The notes under the pieces are model-generated. The model saw only the letters and a program-made list of their open reading frames with translations. It was not told the origin of the DNA and made no database searches. Positions 41,394-54,344 of a stretch of DNA of 64,000 nucleotides are shown here, piece by piece; the first letter of the stretch is position 1, and each line of letters starts with the position of its first letter. This DNA is from Chlorokybus atmophyticus (lineage: Eukaryota > Plantae > Mesostigma and Chlorokybus algae): NCBI GenBank assembly GCA_009103225.1, contig RHPI01001965.1, forward strand, positions 623,580-687,579, read 5' to 3'. Both the position numbers and the translations under genes were made by a program.

Positions 41394-44300
41394 CTAGGCA
41401 GACACATGTGATGGGCTATGTCTGCACACATGCTTCGCTGTAACATAGTGTTCTCTGCTCATTGTTTACTGTTGTGCACATGTACGCAAGTAGCATGCTT
41501 GATGCTCGTGAAGCAACACGACAAAACTGCCACTGTAGCGTACTGCCACGTACTGGCATAAATGGGTACATGTATGTACGCGTACACCACCGCTCACGTA
41601 CTAAACGCGTACTGTGTACCATGTGACCATGGTGTTTAGGTGAATCCCATAATCAAGAAAAAATGGCGGTTCCTTTACACTTTCCTGCCACGCATTGTTT
41701 ACGGCGAATTCTATCATCAGCAGGTGCCTGTCCCAATTAGAATGATCACGAGCCACATATTGTGGGTGGAAAGCCATTGACATGCTTTGTTTCACCCCAA
41801 ATAATTCACAGACCTCTCAAAAACTCGAAGAAAAAGTGAGGATCCCAATCCGTGATGAGTTCACGAGGCACACCGTAAACTCTGAAGATCGTTGACACAA
41901 ATAAATGTGCCAAGTTCCGTGCACTTTCAGTTGTGCAACACGGGGCAATGCACCATGTCGGTCAAACAATCAATAAAAACCACAATAGCAGTGTATTTAG
42001 CTACTGTTTTAGGCGGGTCAGTAATTGGATCCATATTGACACTAGCCCACGTCTATTTTGGGATTGCCAACAGCTTCAGCAATCCTGCTTGTTTTGTTGT
42101 GGTGGTTTAATACATTAACACACGTCACATGTGCGAACATATTGATCCACATCAGTCGACATCCATAGCCACCAATACAACAATTGCGCAGCTTTGAGCC
42201 TTTTGTGTTTCTCCAAATGCTCAGCATCCAGCAAGTCATGCATTGATTGCAAGCATTGCTTACGCAAGTCGGTTAACTTGGGAATTTCCAACTGCTCCCC
42301 TTTATACCACAACTTGCCAACAGCAGTAAGATATTGGCAAGTTGGTTCGACTGCGAAACCAATCATCTAAGACATAAACCGTGAACATTTCTTTTCTTAA
42401 GAGGTCATCAGGCTGTTGCGCATTACGCGTACTTCGAGACTGCGTAAGTGGTAAAAGAGCAGGGCTACGACTTAGTGGATCCACCACATAGGTGCGATCC
42501 GGATGGTATTGCCAAGTGAAAGTGAAGCGAGAAATGAACTCGTTCCACCTAGCTTGCCGTCTCAATAAAACGTTGCGTATGGCAAATAGTTTCTTAATGA
42601 TTAGTAATTACTAAAAACTCCAAACCTTCCAAGTAGCTACGCCACGTGTGTGACGCGTGCACAACCCCGAGCAGTTCTTGCGCAGTAGCTTTGTAATTGC
42701 GCTCAGCAGGATTGAACTTTTTTCTTATATATGCAGATAGCCTGTCATCTTGTAAGGACTGCCCCACACCCAATGATGGAAGCATCACCAATCACCACGA
42801 AAGGTTTTATATGGTCGAGGAAGGCTAATACAGGGGCTTGTGTTAACGCACCTTTAATGCGTGTACATGCAACCTCGTGTGCCTCCGTCCACACAGATTT
42901 AAACATCCGTCCGTCCGAAGTAAAAATGCTAATGGATTTGCCATGCTAGAGTATGCTCGCATGAACTTGCGGAAATAATTGGCCAGTTCAACGAAAGCAC
43001 GTAATTGATGTACATCTTTAAGTGGTGGCCAATCCTTCACCGCACACACCTTTTGAGGATCTGGCTTTAATTCTTTTTTTGCAAATCACATGCCCCAAAA
43101 AAGGTATTTCGTCCGTCGCAAAATTGCATTTGGACCAGTTGGCATAGAATTTGTGTTCGCGCAACTTAGACAGGATTAATACCACATGACTGTGGTGTTC
43201 CTCCCGCGTTCTAATGAACACGCTAATGTCGTCAAGATATATTAATATCAATTTGTACAAAGCATCAGCAACACCGCATTTCTTAACCCAAAGGGCAACA
43301 CTTTGTGCTCAAAGTAACCTATTAGGGTGCGAAATGCAGTTTTCTGCATGTTCAATAGATAGATGTTAATTCGATGGTAACCACTGCTCAGATCCAGTGT
43401 GCTAAACACTGTTGCACCTGACAGCTTATCAAACAAGTCATCAATTCGAGTTTCCACAGTCACCTTGTTTAATGCACGGTACTCAACACACACGCATAGC
43501 TTGCCATTCTTTTTGAGCACAAACAAAATTGGTGTTCCCAAAGGAGATATGCTTTTGTAATCAAACTTTTATGTAATAACTTTTTAAGCTGTTGTTCCAT
43601 TTACGCGTGTTATAAAGAACTTACCTCGTAAATTCGCCGCAAAGGTGGCTTTGCCCCTTCTTCTAATGTAATAGTATGGTGTATGTTTCTATCAAGAGGC
43701 GCCTTTGGGAGTTCATCCTAAAATACATCTATGTATTGTTCCGTAAGTGACTACACCACAGGATCTAAGACAACGTGTGTAGCTAGTGTTAATTCTACCT
43801 GTCGTAAGTGCATCAAATACACCTCTTCACGTATGCGCATGCAACACTTCAGTTGCATAGTAGAGGGGCGGAACATTGTCGCAAGCAACACGTGCAACTG
43901 AAGGCGCAGTCACCTTACGTTACCTTTACGAATGGTGCAAATATTGGCTCGAGAGTTTAATTGCAAACCTGCTTCAGTGTGCCATTGTTCCCCTAAAACA
44001 ACATCCGCCCCGGGGATACTAATATCCATTTTTCTCCCCCCTTGAATAATCTTGATTATGGGTCATGATATTGAGGGATGACTATGCATGCACTGATGGC
44101 ATGTTGTAGTTGCAATTCGTGTAATTGCTTGATAGCAGTTGCCAACTCAGCAAATGGTACATTGATCAAAACACCCATTTGTGTTAGCTAACACTGGTGG
44201 TGTGCTCATTTCAGTCCATACATTTGGCACATCATCAAGCAAAGAAACTTTATCAAAATGTACAGAGTTTTTAACTTCATTCTGCTCGACTATGCTACCA

Positions 44301-45929
44301 ACCATGGACAATTCCTATTTCTTGTCCTTTTGCTGCTTGGCCTTTTGTGCGTTCTGCTTTGAGTAGCGCTTTGCCTGCATGTGGCCCGGCTTCTTACAGT
44401 AGTTGCAAGTGAGGTTGGGCGGAGTTTGAGGGGCCAGCAGGTCTTGATACTGATGCTTTGGCCTTTTTTGGCAAAACGAGGCTTGCTGTCAGTGGTAAGC
44501 CGCTTGGGAGCCGAAGATGGTGCCGCAGTTGCAGTCCTTAATTAACGCACCGCATTGTCAACAGCTGTCACCAATGTGATGAGCATGAGTAGCTCCTCAG
44601 CGCGCCGATCCAATTGTGTGGATGTGTTGACGGCGCAATGCTTCAGTAGCTTGTAATCCAAGCCACGCCAAAACATGTCCAACTCATCAGCTTCGCTGAT
44701 TTGTAAACGACCAGCATTGATCTCGCTCACACATGGTTGGAAGTCCTGCACATATTGCTGTACAGAAAGCCCATTCTGCTTCATAATGTGAAGCTCGTTG
44801 CGAGCTTGCTACAGAGGATCTATGCCATCGTGACGCTGCTTCATAACAGAGAATAACATGCAATATTGATCCGGTGGTGTCACAACCCTTCCGCCGATAC
44901 CACTCAGCAAGTGCATCATCCGGGAACAACAACTCAGCCGCACGCAGCCAAAATGGCTCGATAAAGTGGAAAACGTGACATACGCCTTCAACTTCATCAT
45001 CTAGTTAAAGCTGGCGCCTGACTTCTTTCGTTTGACTGCTCGCGTGCCAACAATTCAACGGGGCTGCGCAGTACGTTCCTGGCGTTATGGTTGCTGTGCT
45101 TTTATCGCCGCAACCTTAAATTCCAGATTATGTACTTCTACCCCATACAACATAGAACCCATCAATGATTTCAACCACTCCACGAGGGTCTATGTCAAAG
45201 TAAATGCAATATCCGGCGCAGAATGTAGATGTTTTAAAACAGCGTTATCCACGATATTGTTATTCTCGGGATCAGATGGAAGTGGCACCTCCTCCATTGA
45301 TGGAAACTCCTTCTTGCGAGACAGCTTCTTGTTGGATTCATCTCCCTTTACAGAGGGAGCTGCCACAGATTCACTTTCCTCAACCATTTGCCTTGCAGTA
45401 AGGCAAAATGGAGAAGTGAAAATCCTACCAATGAACTCGTTTTAATAATGGATCACAACGACCCAAGTTAATGTAAGTTCCAAACAGTCCAAACCAGTCC
45501 CCAATAAGGAAAGGTTGAATCGGGAGTGTCACCAGAGAAGAGGTAAAGATAAGTATTTAAGTATACGTATAAATATAGTATAAGTATAGATATAGATAGA
45601 TATAATATAAGTATGGGTACATTATAAGTATAGAAGTATAAGTATAGATAAGTATTTGAGTATACTTATTCATCCAAGATGTGTTGTTTATGTAGCAAAA
45701 ATACCCCTGTTATTACTGCTCCCGTTGCATTCCTCTTTTCTACGGTTCTTCATTTATTGAAGCTTGTAGTAATTTATTATAGCTTTGACAAGCGAAATAC
45801 CGTAGAAAAGAGGTATAAATAAGTATTTTAGTATACCTGTTAATACAAGATGTGTTATTTATGTAGCAACAACTTGATTGAATACCCCTGTTATTATTGC
45901 TACTCAAATTACATTACAGCCTGACTTGA

Positions 45930-46600
45930 AGTCTGCTATCCTTTTTATGGCAAGGAGGCCTGATACTACTTATGCAGCGGGAGTATTAGCAAGGTTTACG
46001 TTCAGTCCTACTATAAGACCGAACATAAAGTACCATAGAGCACTAGAAAGCTGCAGTTGCAGTGAAATACATTGGCATGACTACATCAATTGACGTCTTA
46101 GCCCGAGAAGAGACTAAGCCTAAAAGCTATTGTGATGCTAACTTTGCTAGAGATGTGGACAACCGCAAGTCTACATCCAGGTTTGCCTTCATGCCGAATT
46201 GAAGTTTGGTGAGCTGGAGTTCTAAACTGCAAGCTACCGTGGCAATTTCAACTGCTGAGGCTGAGTACGTCGATGCGTCCCATGCTGTGAAAAAAGCGAT
46301 GTGATTGAAAGTGTTAATGGCTAACCTGGGCTATGAGCCAAGCTGTGTGATGTTCTGATGTGACAACCAGAGCGCCATCAAGCTGAAGAAGCACCAACTT
46401 GCTTCAATGCGGGCTAAGCACATTGATGTGGTTCATCAAATTGTGCGTGAGAGAGGAAGCTGCAAGAAAGGAAGTGCAGTTTAACTATCGCAAGACTGAA
46501 GACTTGCTGGCGGACGTCTTCACTAAGGCTCTTCCTCTGCCCACGTCTAAGACATGCTGCTCTGGACTTGGCATTTCCTGGCTGTCTACGTGGGAGTCGG
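45930..46600 (+). pseudogene. Degenerate copia RT C-terminus and RNase H (continuation of 34949-36918)
   Basis: RRPDTTYAAGVLARF, YCDANFARDVDNRKSTS, SWSSKLQATVAISTAEAEY, KHIDV and LADVFTKAL; PPT-like GTGGGAG near 46589. Confidence 0.85.
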
Positions 46601-48599
46601 AATATAGACCGCCTGGTTTTATTATGTTGAAGTAGACCTGTTTGAGGTTTACTCAGGTTGTCATAAAACTACCCGGTCTGAAACTCGGTTTGTACAATAG
46701 CATATACTAGCCGTGGTTATATAACATCTATATTACTTGTATGCATGCCTTGTACAGATTGCTTGCGCATGTCACGAAGATAGTTCTAAGCTATATGCAT
46801 TCTATGAATGATGAATAAATGGGTTGATTGAGGTTGCAAATTATGAAGTTATTAGTTATGTGGTCAAGTCTACGTGTGCAAGAATCGCTTAAGTCCGTAT
46901 TAGGGACTTGCAACCAAAAAGTTGCAAATAAAAATGAAACATTACACGTGAGCAAACTCACGCATAATGGCGGAAACGCTTTTGCGGTATCAACCTGAGT
47001 AGGTACTAACCTGCTACAGACCCATGAATCTTGTAGTGAGCCAAGCGCTAACTACCAATAGAGCGGTGGTTGAATCTAAGTATTTATTATAGGTAAATGT
47101 TTATTTAGACGAAAAAAGCTATTGAATTGTGCAAAGGCATTTGTTGGAATAAATGAGTGTGGGCTCATCTCGGGCGGTGCTCTGCTACGATTGATAAGCC
47201 TTTTTTGAATTGTAATTATAGACAACCCAAGAAAGACCTGGTTCGATTTGGTTTAATGACTTTTGGAGCATGGGGCACGCAATTGCATCACTATTTTGGT
47301 TACCTGTGACAGTTTTTCCTATGACGTCAACGGGAAGCAAGGTGCACGGTGTTGGAGGTGCTAAAGAGCTGCATTAGGTGAAACTCTCATGACACATCTA
47401 TGCACACGCTTCTCCAAGCACATGTATACAAGATTCATGGTGCGGAATTGTTAGAAAGAGTTAGCAAATGATCCCCTTAAGGATTTGGGTTGGGTAATAC
47501 AACAAAACATTGAAGAACGCAAGTTTAATTGCATCATATGTTGATTCAAAATTAAGCAATCAATAATCAATATCTTAGGGCCGAGTAGTTGAAATTACAA
47601 AGTCTTCATGCTAGCTTCGCATAGTCGCGAAAATTTCCAAGTCCTTGACTCCCACTTGAAGTGGGAGTCAAGGATCAAGTTAGCACGCACGTAAGAGCAC
47701 ATCAGTTACGACGTCGTAAGAATTCGTAAGTGTTTGGCTTGTTAAATACTACTTGCACGTAGGCCAAGGTCACATACGGTAGCCGCCGACTCCTACGACC
47801 GCAAGTAGATTTAAGCAAAATAAAACGTCATGCGCGTTTTTGTGACCTGTTAAAGACACGCCACCTCGCTTAACTGGAGTGAGTTCAGTCTAATATTAAG
47901 TTGGGGGGAACAAAAAGCCGAGTGGCTGGTACTTCTCCTTTCTCTCCCACTATTGGGTGCCTCACCGCGCCATGCTTGGCCGGAGTGAATGATTTACCGG
48001 GCCGAGCATAGTCCTCAGCGAAGTTGTTACGTGAACTATCGGATTGGGGAAATTGAAGCCGAGATAGGTCTCGGCCGGGGAAACGCGAAGTCGCGAATCG
48101 GTTTCGAATTGGCGGAGTTGCGCAGGTTCGAATTCAACGATTGCCAATTGAAGTCATGCGGCGAGAGAATAAAGTCGCTACTATCAAATGTCAAAGCGAA
48201 CCGACGAATTCTTTGCCGTTCGAGTGAGTTACAACGAGGTAAGATAAAGGGCCCCCGTTACAAGGTATAAATAGCTGATGTACTGAGTTCGAAACTAAAG
48301 AGAGCCCCCACTTTGAGTCTGAACTGGCACACTAGCGGCTAGGGTTTATATGATGTGCATGGTTGCATGCACTATGAGCTAGCATGTTTAAGTAGCCGAG
48401 CCATTCAGTTGCATACAGGAGTTAAACCCGTCGTAGTCTACTCTGCGAGCCTGATCACAAAGTTCTCATGCTGTTTTAAAGAAGGTTTTGCCGTTGGCCT
48501 GCTCTACCCGCTCCAAGACAACACTTGACACATGCAAGGAAAAACTTCGTGCACAATGCTATGACTGACGGTGTCAGCGTAGCAAGTTGGTTGCCAAAC

Positions 48600-49520
48600 C
48601 ACAGAGTAATGGAGGCTCTCACAAGGGTCTTCACGGCACAACAACTGCACGCTTCTTTGATGTTCGTGCGTGATGACGTGTTTGTGTAAACCACCACAAA
48701 CAGGGTGTACACTGTACCTGGCAGGCAAACCATTGGCATACCCATGATAGGTATGCCAATGGTTTGCCAGTGAGTAATCAGTGTGTAACAATGCCGGCGT
48801 TTACCTGGCTAACATGCACCTGCTAGGCTTTGAGCTCCGATGGGTGTGACGCCTCACGCCCTTGATTACCAGACCTTTGTTGGCAAAGTATGTGTACGGG
48901 GTGCTGAGATACATGGATGATCTCATTGTCGTGGACATGCCTTTGAGAGCTTTATGTACATTGCTAATGATGCCTTGGCTGGGGCTTATCCACCTGCATA
49001 CCAACAATGGCACGCACAGCTACATGTGTGTCAGTGCCGTATCTCACTGTGTTTCAGATGCGTGATGTCGGAATCTGTGCTCGCATATACAAACTGACCG
49101 AACCTGTTTTTTGCCCACATTGATGTGCAACGTGCAACCGCTATCGGGTATGGCCATGTCCGAGAAGCTCGACATCAGCGTGTCACATGTACACCGTTTC
49201 ATGCAAATTAACCCTTAAATATAAAAAACAAAGATTACTATTGTGACTAATCCTTTATTAACAACATGCTATTGTTTCTTTTAGATTTTCGTCTTCAGGT
49301 ATGTTGCTGATTACACACAGTGTGTCAAGTGCAGGGGGGCCTTTTCAGCCCCCCAGCAATTCTGATTCATCTCGGCCCGCAATTGGAAGGACAACCTATC
49401 GTGCTCACGTCGTCCATGAGCTGGTGCGGTTGATTGGTGACATGGTGCATGCAGGGTACTGGTGTAGGCAACTGCTGGCCAATTGCAAGCTGCCTCGTGA
49501 ACAGAGTGTGGTATGAAGTT
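48600..49520 (+). pseudogene. Penelope-like element reverse transcriptase remnant
   Basis: QTIGIPM, YLANMHLLGFE and LRYMDDLIVV in the order expected for PLE RT; fragmented. Confidence 0.5.
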
Positions 49521-50425
49521 GTTCAAGGGTAAACATATTTTTGCTGGTGTGCAAGGCCGAACGAGAATGAACGAAATGATGAGCTATCCAATACGAGACA
49601 CCTCAGGTAAGTGGAGGTGAGCGTGGGTAAGTAGATGCCGGGAGCACTTCGTGCCCACATACTGAGTCAATTGGGACTTGTTGGTTATTTGGTACTGTTG
49701 GCTATGTGCATGTCGTATTGCTGGCTTGGTGCATTGTCATTAAATCACTCATGTTACTGTAACTGCATGAGCTTTGCATTAGGGCTATTTCCCAATTTAC
49801 GTCGTACTAACGCTCTATCCTAACGGCAAGTGCGTGTGATGTGATAAAACAGTAGCGGTGGGGTGGGGTGGGTGGCGTTGTTGGCGGTGGTGGGGGCGTG
49901 GGGTCCAGCTCACGCACTGCACAACACAGCATTACACTGCCTTTGCCTGTATTATTGGTGCCTGTATTATCGGCGCCTTAACCACTAGGCTAAATGGCAT
50001 GGTATGACATTCCTACGGCAGCAAAAGCCGCTGCCATAGGAGGAGCCACATGCCATGTAACCATATCCCATACCATGGTATGACATTCCTCCCATCTCAC
50101 TTCCTGTGGGCTAATGTCATCCCCCACGTCGCCCATCAGGGTCGCGGCGACGTGCCTGCGGCCGCGCAAGTCGCGCGCCGCATCTAACCCTCGTCCCTGT
50201 CACCAAGGCACCGGACCCTCGTGATATTGCTTGCCTACTGACCGACACACAATAAATCGCAACCGCTTCGACCGTAGGTCATGCGTACCATTGCTTCAAC
50301 AAGTGCGACCACGCGCGGTGCTTTCAATCAATAATTTGCCAATATATGCCTTGGATCGAATTTCACGGCAACTAGCAATTCTTGTCCCTAAGGGTGGGAT
50401 TCAGATCTGTGCCGCTCAGCTCCGT

Positions 50426-51690
50426 GTAGCGGCGTATGCTTATTCATCGTGTTTTATTAACGCCGCATTATCATGCTCATAGTCAGACAGCGAGTCTACG
50501 CGCTTCAATAGAATGCGAAGATAGATATTGCATTGACCAACAGCGTGCATTCCTTTTCTCATCTCTTTCACATACAGACACAGAGCGAATATGCCACAGT
50601 TGTGCCCTATTTAAGCGGGCACCTTTCTCATTCTTTATTTAATCTGCCTTGCTATACCGCTCAGCGTGCCCTTACTATGTGCATATTGCTGTGCCGCCGA
50701 TATTGCAACTGCCGACATTACATTGGCGGAGACGCGGGGCAAGTGCCAATTCATCACTCACCGCCCCTTATTCTAACATATTCCGTTTATTTACATCTTT
50801 TGGCATTGCCATAAGCTTATTTTTAGCAAGCTTTATCCTTTTAACGCCAACCGCGTTTACTCAAGGCTACGACACATGCTGCAGCAGCCGCTACAAACGC
50901 TGCAGCAGGCGGCTCGACGACAGTAGCAGAATCCTCGTTCGCCACTGTGGCCAACGTACTTAACCGCATCGTGGGCAGGCTTGAGCAGCTGTCTGCCACG
51001 AACAACGTCATTGCACAGTCCGCATCTCAGGGGACGTGACAGGCGGGCACGGCCTATAAAGTTCTCAGGCGAGCGCACGCAGGTAATACGACACTGGCGG
51101 AGTAGCAGACTCTTCGTTTGTTGCCGTGGCCAACGTACCCGAGCGTATTGTAGGCAGGCTTGAGCAGATGTCGCCCACGAACAACGTTGCCGCATAGTCA
51201 GCATCTCTGGCGAGACATAACAGGCAGGCGCGGTCTGAGGTGTTTCAGACCGGGTGAAAAAGATAAAGAACATCTGGCATGTTTCCAACATGTCGAGCGT
51301 AGCTCTTCCTTCTAAAAAAAGGGGTAATGTAGCGGCGTATGCTTATTCACAGTGCCTGATTTGTGTCGCATTATCAACATGCTCATTGTCAGACAGCGAG
51401 GCCACGCGCGTGAATGAATTGCATAATGGACATTGCATTAGCCAGTAGAATGCATTCCTTTTCTTGTATCTTTCATGTACAGACGCATTAGCAACATGCC
51501 ACAGTTGTGCCCTATTTAAGCGGGCAGCCTTCTCATTCTTGATTTAATCTGCCTTATTATTCCGCTCAGTGTGCCCTTGCTATTTGCATGTTGCTATGCC
51601 GCCGTTATTGTAACTGCCGACATAACATCTGTTACCACTGTAACATTGGCAACTTAACCACAGGCTACGGCAGGAAAAGTCGCTGCCATA
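50426..51690. repeat. Diverged direct duplication (about 390 bp at 50426 and 51328) flanking an internal duplication with a period of about 180 bp (about 50930 and 51110)
   Basis: GTAGCGGCGTATGCTTATTCA starts both large copies; GTGGCCAACGTAC...GCAGGCTTGAGCAG occurs twice between them. Confidence 0.8.
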
Positions 51691-51880
51691 GGAGGACGTC
51701 GCAATATGTTTTCCCTGCCGGCCGACTAAATATTGGCAACGGCCGTGCACCTGAGGACGCTAATTTAGACTGTCGTGGCTCAGGCCGCCTGTAATCTTGA
51801 TACAGGGACCTAATAGTAACTTTCGTTACTGTAAGGCCCTTTTTGTTACAATTAGTCTTTAACAGTTGACTATGTCTAAC

Positions 51881-52145
51881 TAACAGGCGCCTGTTAGTTA
51901 CCTATCAGGCCTTAACAGGTGACTTGAAATAATTAACAGGCACCTGTTAGTCACACACCAGGCCTTAACAAATGACTTTGTGTAATTTACAGGCAACTGT
52001 TAGTTACACATCAGACCTTGTTAGGTGACTACAACTAATCAACGGGCACCTGTAAGTTACACATCAGTCTTACCTAGGTGACTCAGCCTATGTGACAGGC
52101 ACCTGCAGGTTACACACCAGTCCAGCGCAGGCGACTAAGCCTAAT
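51881..52145. repeat. 53-bp tandem array (5 clear units), each with an imperfect palindrome TAACAGGC(A/G)CCTGTTA
   Basis: Unit starts at 51881, 51934, 51987, 52040 and 52093. Confidence 0.9.
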
Positions 52146-52516
52146 TCACAAGCACCAACTAGGTAATTATTGACAAAATAAGGCATTATTTAACAACTGA
52201 AGGTGACCAATGCCTAACTGTCGTCATATGTATTTGCATAGCTTGACTACACGCGACTGTTACTGACTTCCAGCATTGTTATGTGCCTGTGCTGTGTACA
52301 TGTATCTGAAATGTGTGCAGTGTCTCTCAGTCACTTGCCAAGGCTTGTAGTTCGATCATGTGACTCGAATGCAGTTCTGTTGTATATCATAGGGATGCAC
52401 GTATTGATGTGCATGAGCATAATGACGATTGACTGAGCTGGTTTAAGATGCACAACACTCAGTCACAAGAGCCTTGTAGCTATGTACACTACCAGCTAAA
52501 CGGACTACCAACTGCG

Positions 52517-54344
52517 CTACAGCTCCTCTCCATCATCGCTGGTCTCGTCATTACGGAACAAAGCACCACGCGCTAGGGCCTGTGGAGGAGACGCCGGAGC
52601 TTGCTCTTCCTCCTCAAACGGTTGTGCCAGCCAATCAAATGCCGCTTCTGCCTCAGCGAGTGGGTCACGAGCTGCTGTCTCTTGCGGCCGGCGCCGATTG
52701 GGATCTTTCAGGTATTCGACACAAGATGCAGTGCGGCGTTTCACAAGGGTGAATGGCTGGAGGGCTGCGTACCGTTGCCTCATCTCCCGCTTCATTGACA
52801 TGATCATGGTGTTGATTTCGCTGAGGTACTCTTCATGTGTGTCTATGCTGGCAGCTAGGAGAGGGTCTCCATCCTTGCCCTTTAGGATGCGCTCCACCTG
52901 CGTAGTTTACAGGCATGTCTTAGTGGCATCGAAAGCCACTATTCACTGCAACGCGTCTGCAAGCCTGTAGTTTGGGGCTACAGCGTTCCTGAATCGCTAA
53001 TGATGGAGTTCAGAGTGCTCACCGTAAGCAACAGGTATGCGAGGTGGTTGACTGTCAGCTGCCGGCGACCAGGTGTAGTGACGGCGTAAGACCAGCATTG
53101 CACGATCATTTGCCAGATTATGGGATTGCCCCATTCATGGATGTATCTCCTCCGCTCCGGGTCTGCAGTGTCGGTCACCTCAAATCTCCGCCATGACTTG
53201 TCTGCGACAGTCATACCGACAAGGCATTAGTCACGAAATAGATAGTTCAAGTTGAGCCTGCACCAGGCTAGAATAGTGCCTGTGACTTACTTTGGAGCGC
53301 GTTGCGCATCTGGGCTTTTTGGGTCTCGGGGTCCATTAGGGCGTCGATGTGCCTGATTGAATCGGTTACAATAGGCGAGATGAGTACGTGTGTATGGAGG
53401 CTGAGTAAGAAGGCAGTGTTGCATAGCAGACATGGTGGTGAGGGACCCAACTCACTTGCGCTTGTTGCTGTTAAACAGTGTCCACTTGTACTCCTTCTCA
53501 AGGACATGCTTGATCTTGGTGACGTTCTCAGACCGGACCTGCGTAGCTTTCTTCAGGGCGACACTCCAGTGGAAGGGGCACTCCTTGGGAGTCCAGTACA
53601 CCTCATAGAACTTGGCCGCATCGGCCTCGTCGTCATGGTCGAAGCCAACTACCTGTCACGGGCAGGTTGGTCAGTGTCACGGTGCAGTGCGGTCATGAAG
53701 CATTCACAGCACCTGACACATGACGTTACGAATAGTGTCCTCCTTGGGATAAACGTGGCTCTCTACCCAGTGGCCGTTTATGATTTCAACGACGGCATCT
53801 CGCAAATGCTGTCCACAGAAGAACAATCCGTTACACACATACACACAGTGTCACAGTGTCACACAGTGCTTACCTCGTTGCCAATCTTCCACTTGCTTGG
53901 GGAAGGGTTGCTGACGGCCGAGGTTGCCACGTCACGGCCAAATGCGTTTGGGTTGGGGGTTCCAATCGACCCTCTGCAAGCACAACCACATGAGTCATGC
54001 TGCCAGCCATGAAAGATGCAACCCTCACAGTTGCAAAAGAAGAACAACGTGCACAGTGTATCCAGAACGCATGCAGTGAGTCACTGTGCTAGTCATGATA
54101 GAAGCAAGCATCCAAGTTAGAAGTTGAGCAAGAAGCAACGTGCACAGTGCATCAAGAACGCATGCAGTCTAGCTTGCCCTTGCGACTGCGGTGTCAGGTG
54201 GAGTTGTTGTGATGTGCTGGGCGTTAGCGCGGGGTCTTGCTGCGATTGGTTGGCGACGGTTGCCTGGTTGAACACTGGGGGCAATGTGGACAACTGGCGC
54301 CGACCTCCACGACGAGGTGCACTTACGGATGGACCACGAGGCAT
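52517..54344 (-). CDS. Uncharacterised spliced protein (about 7 exons), element-borne
   Basis: Phase-consistent exon chain MPRGP...QG|GSIGTP...GNE|HLRDAVVEIINGHWVESHVYPKEDTIRNVMCQ|VVGFDH...KRK|HIDALMDPETQK...|KSWRRFEV...LLT|VERILKGKDG...GEEL*. The first intron is GC-AG. Confidence 0.65.

Larger units (their letters stand above)
38419..41631 (+). mobile_element. Complete hAT DNA transposon, 3213 bp
   Basis: TIR CATGGTCACAAGGTAC (38419-38434) versus GTACCATGTGACCATG (41616-41631), one mismatch. Perfect 8-bp TSD GTGTTTAG at 38411-38418 and 41632-41639. GTACGC-rich subterminal repeats. Confidence 0.96.
37850..45470 (-). mobile_element. Degenerate Ty3/gypsy chromovirus (gag, CCHC knuckle, PR, RT, RH, IN, chromodomain), interrupted by hAT
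   Basis: CNYCKKPGH (about 44400), LFDKLSGATVFSTLDLSSGYH, LIYLDD, RRQARWNEFISRF, IHNVFHVSLLKP and a chromodomain-like YFVK*KGYG near 37900; many stops. Confidence 0.85.

Noticed and set aside
51881-52145. CRISPR-like array (regular palindromic repeats)
   Set aside because: Units are nearly fully homologous with only about 9 variable bases, there are no cas genes, and the context is eukaryotic.
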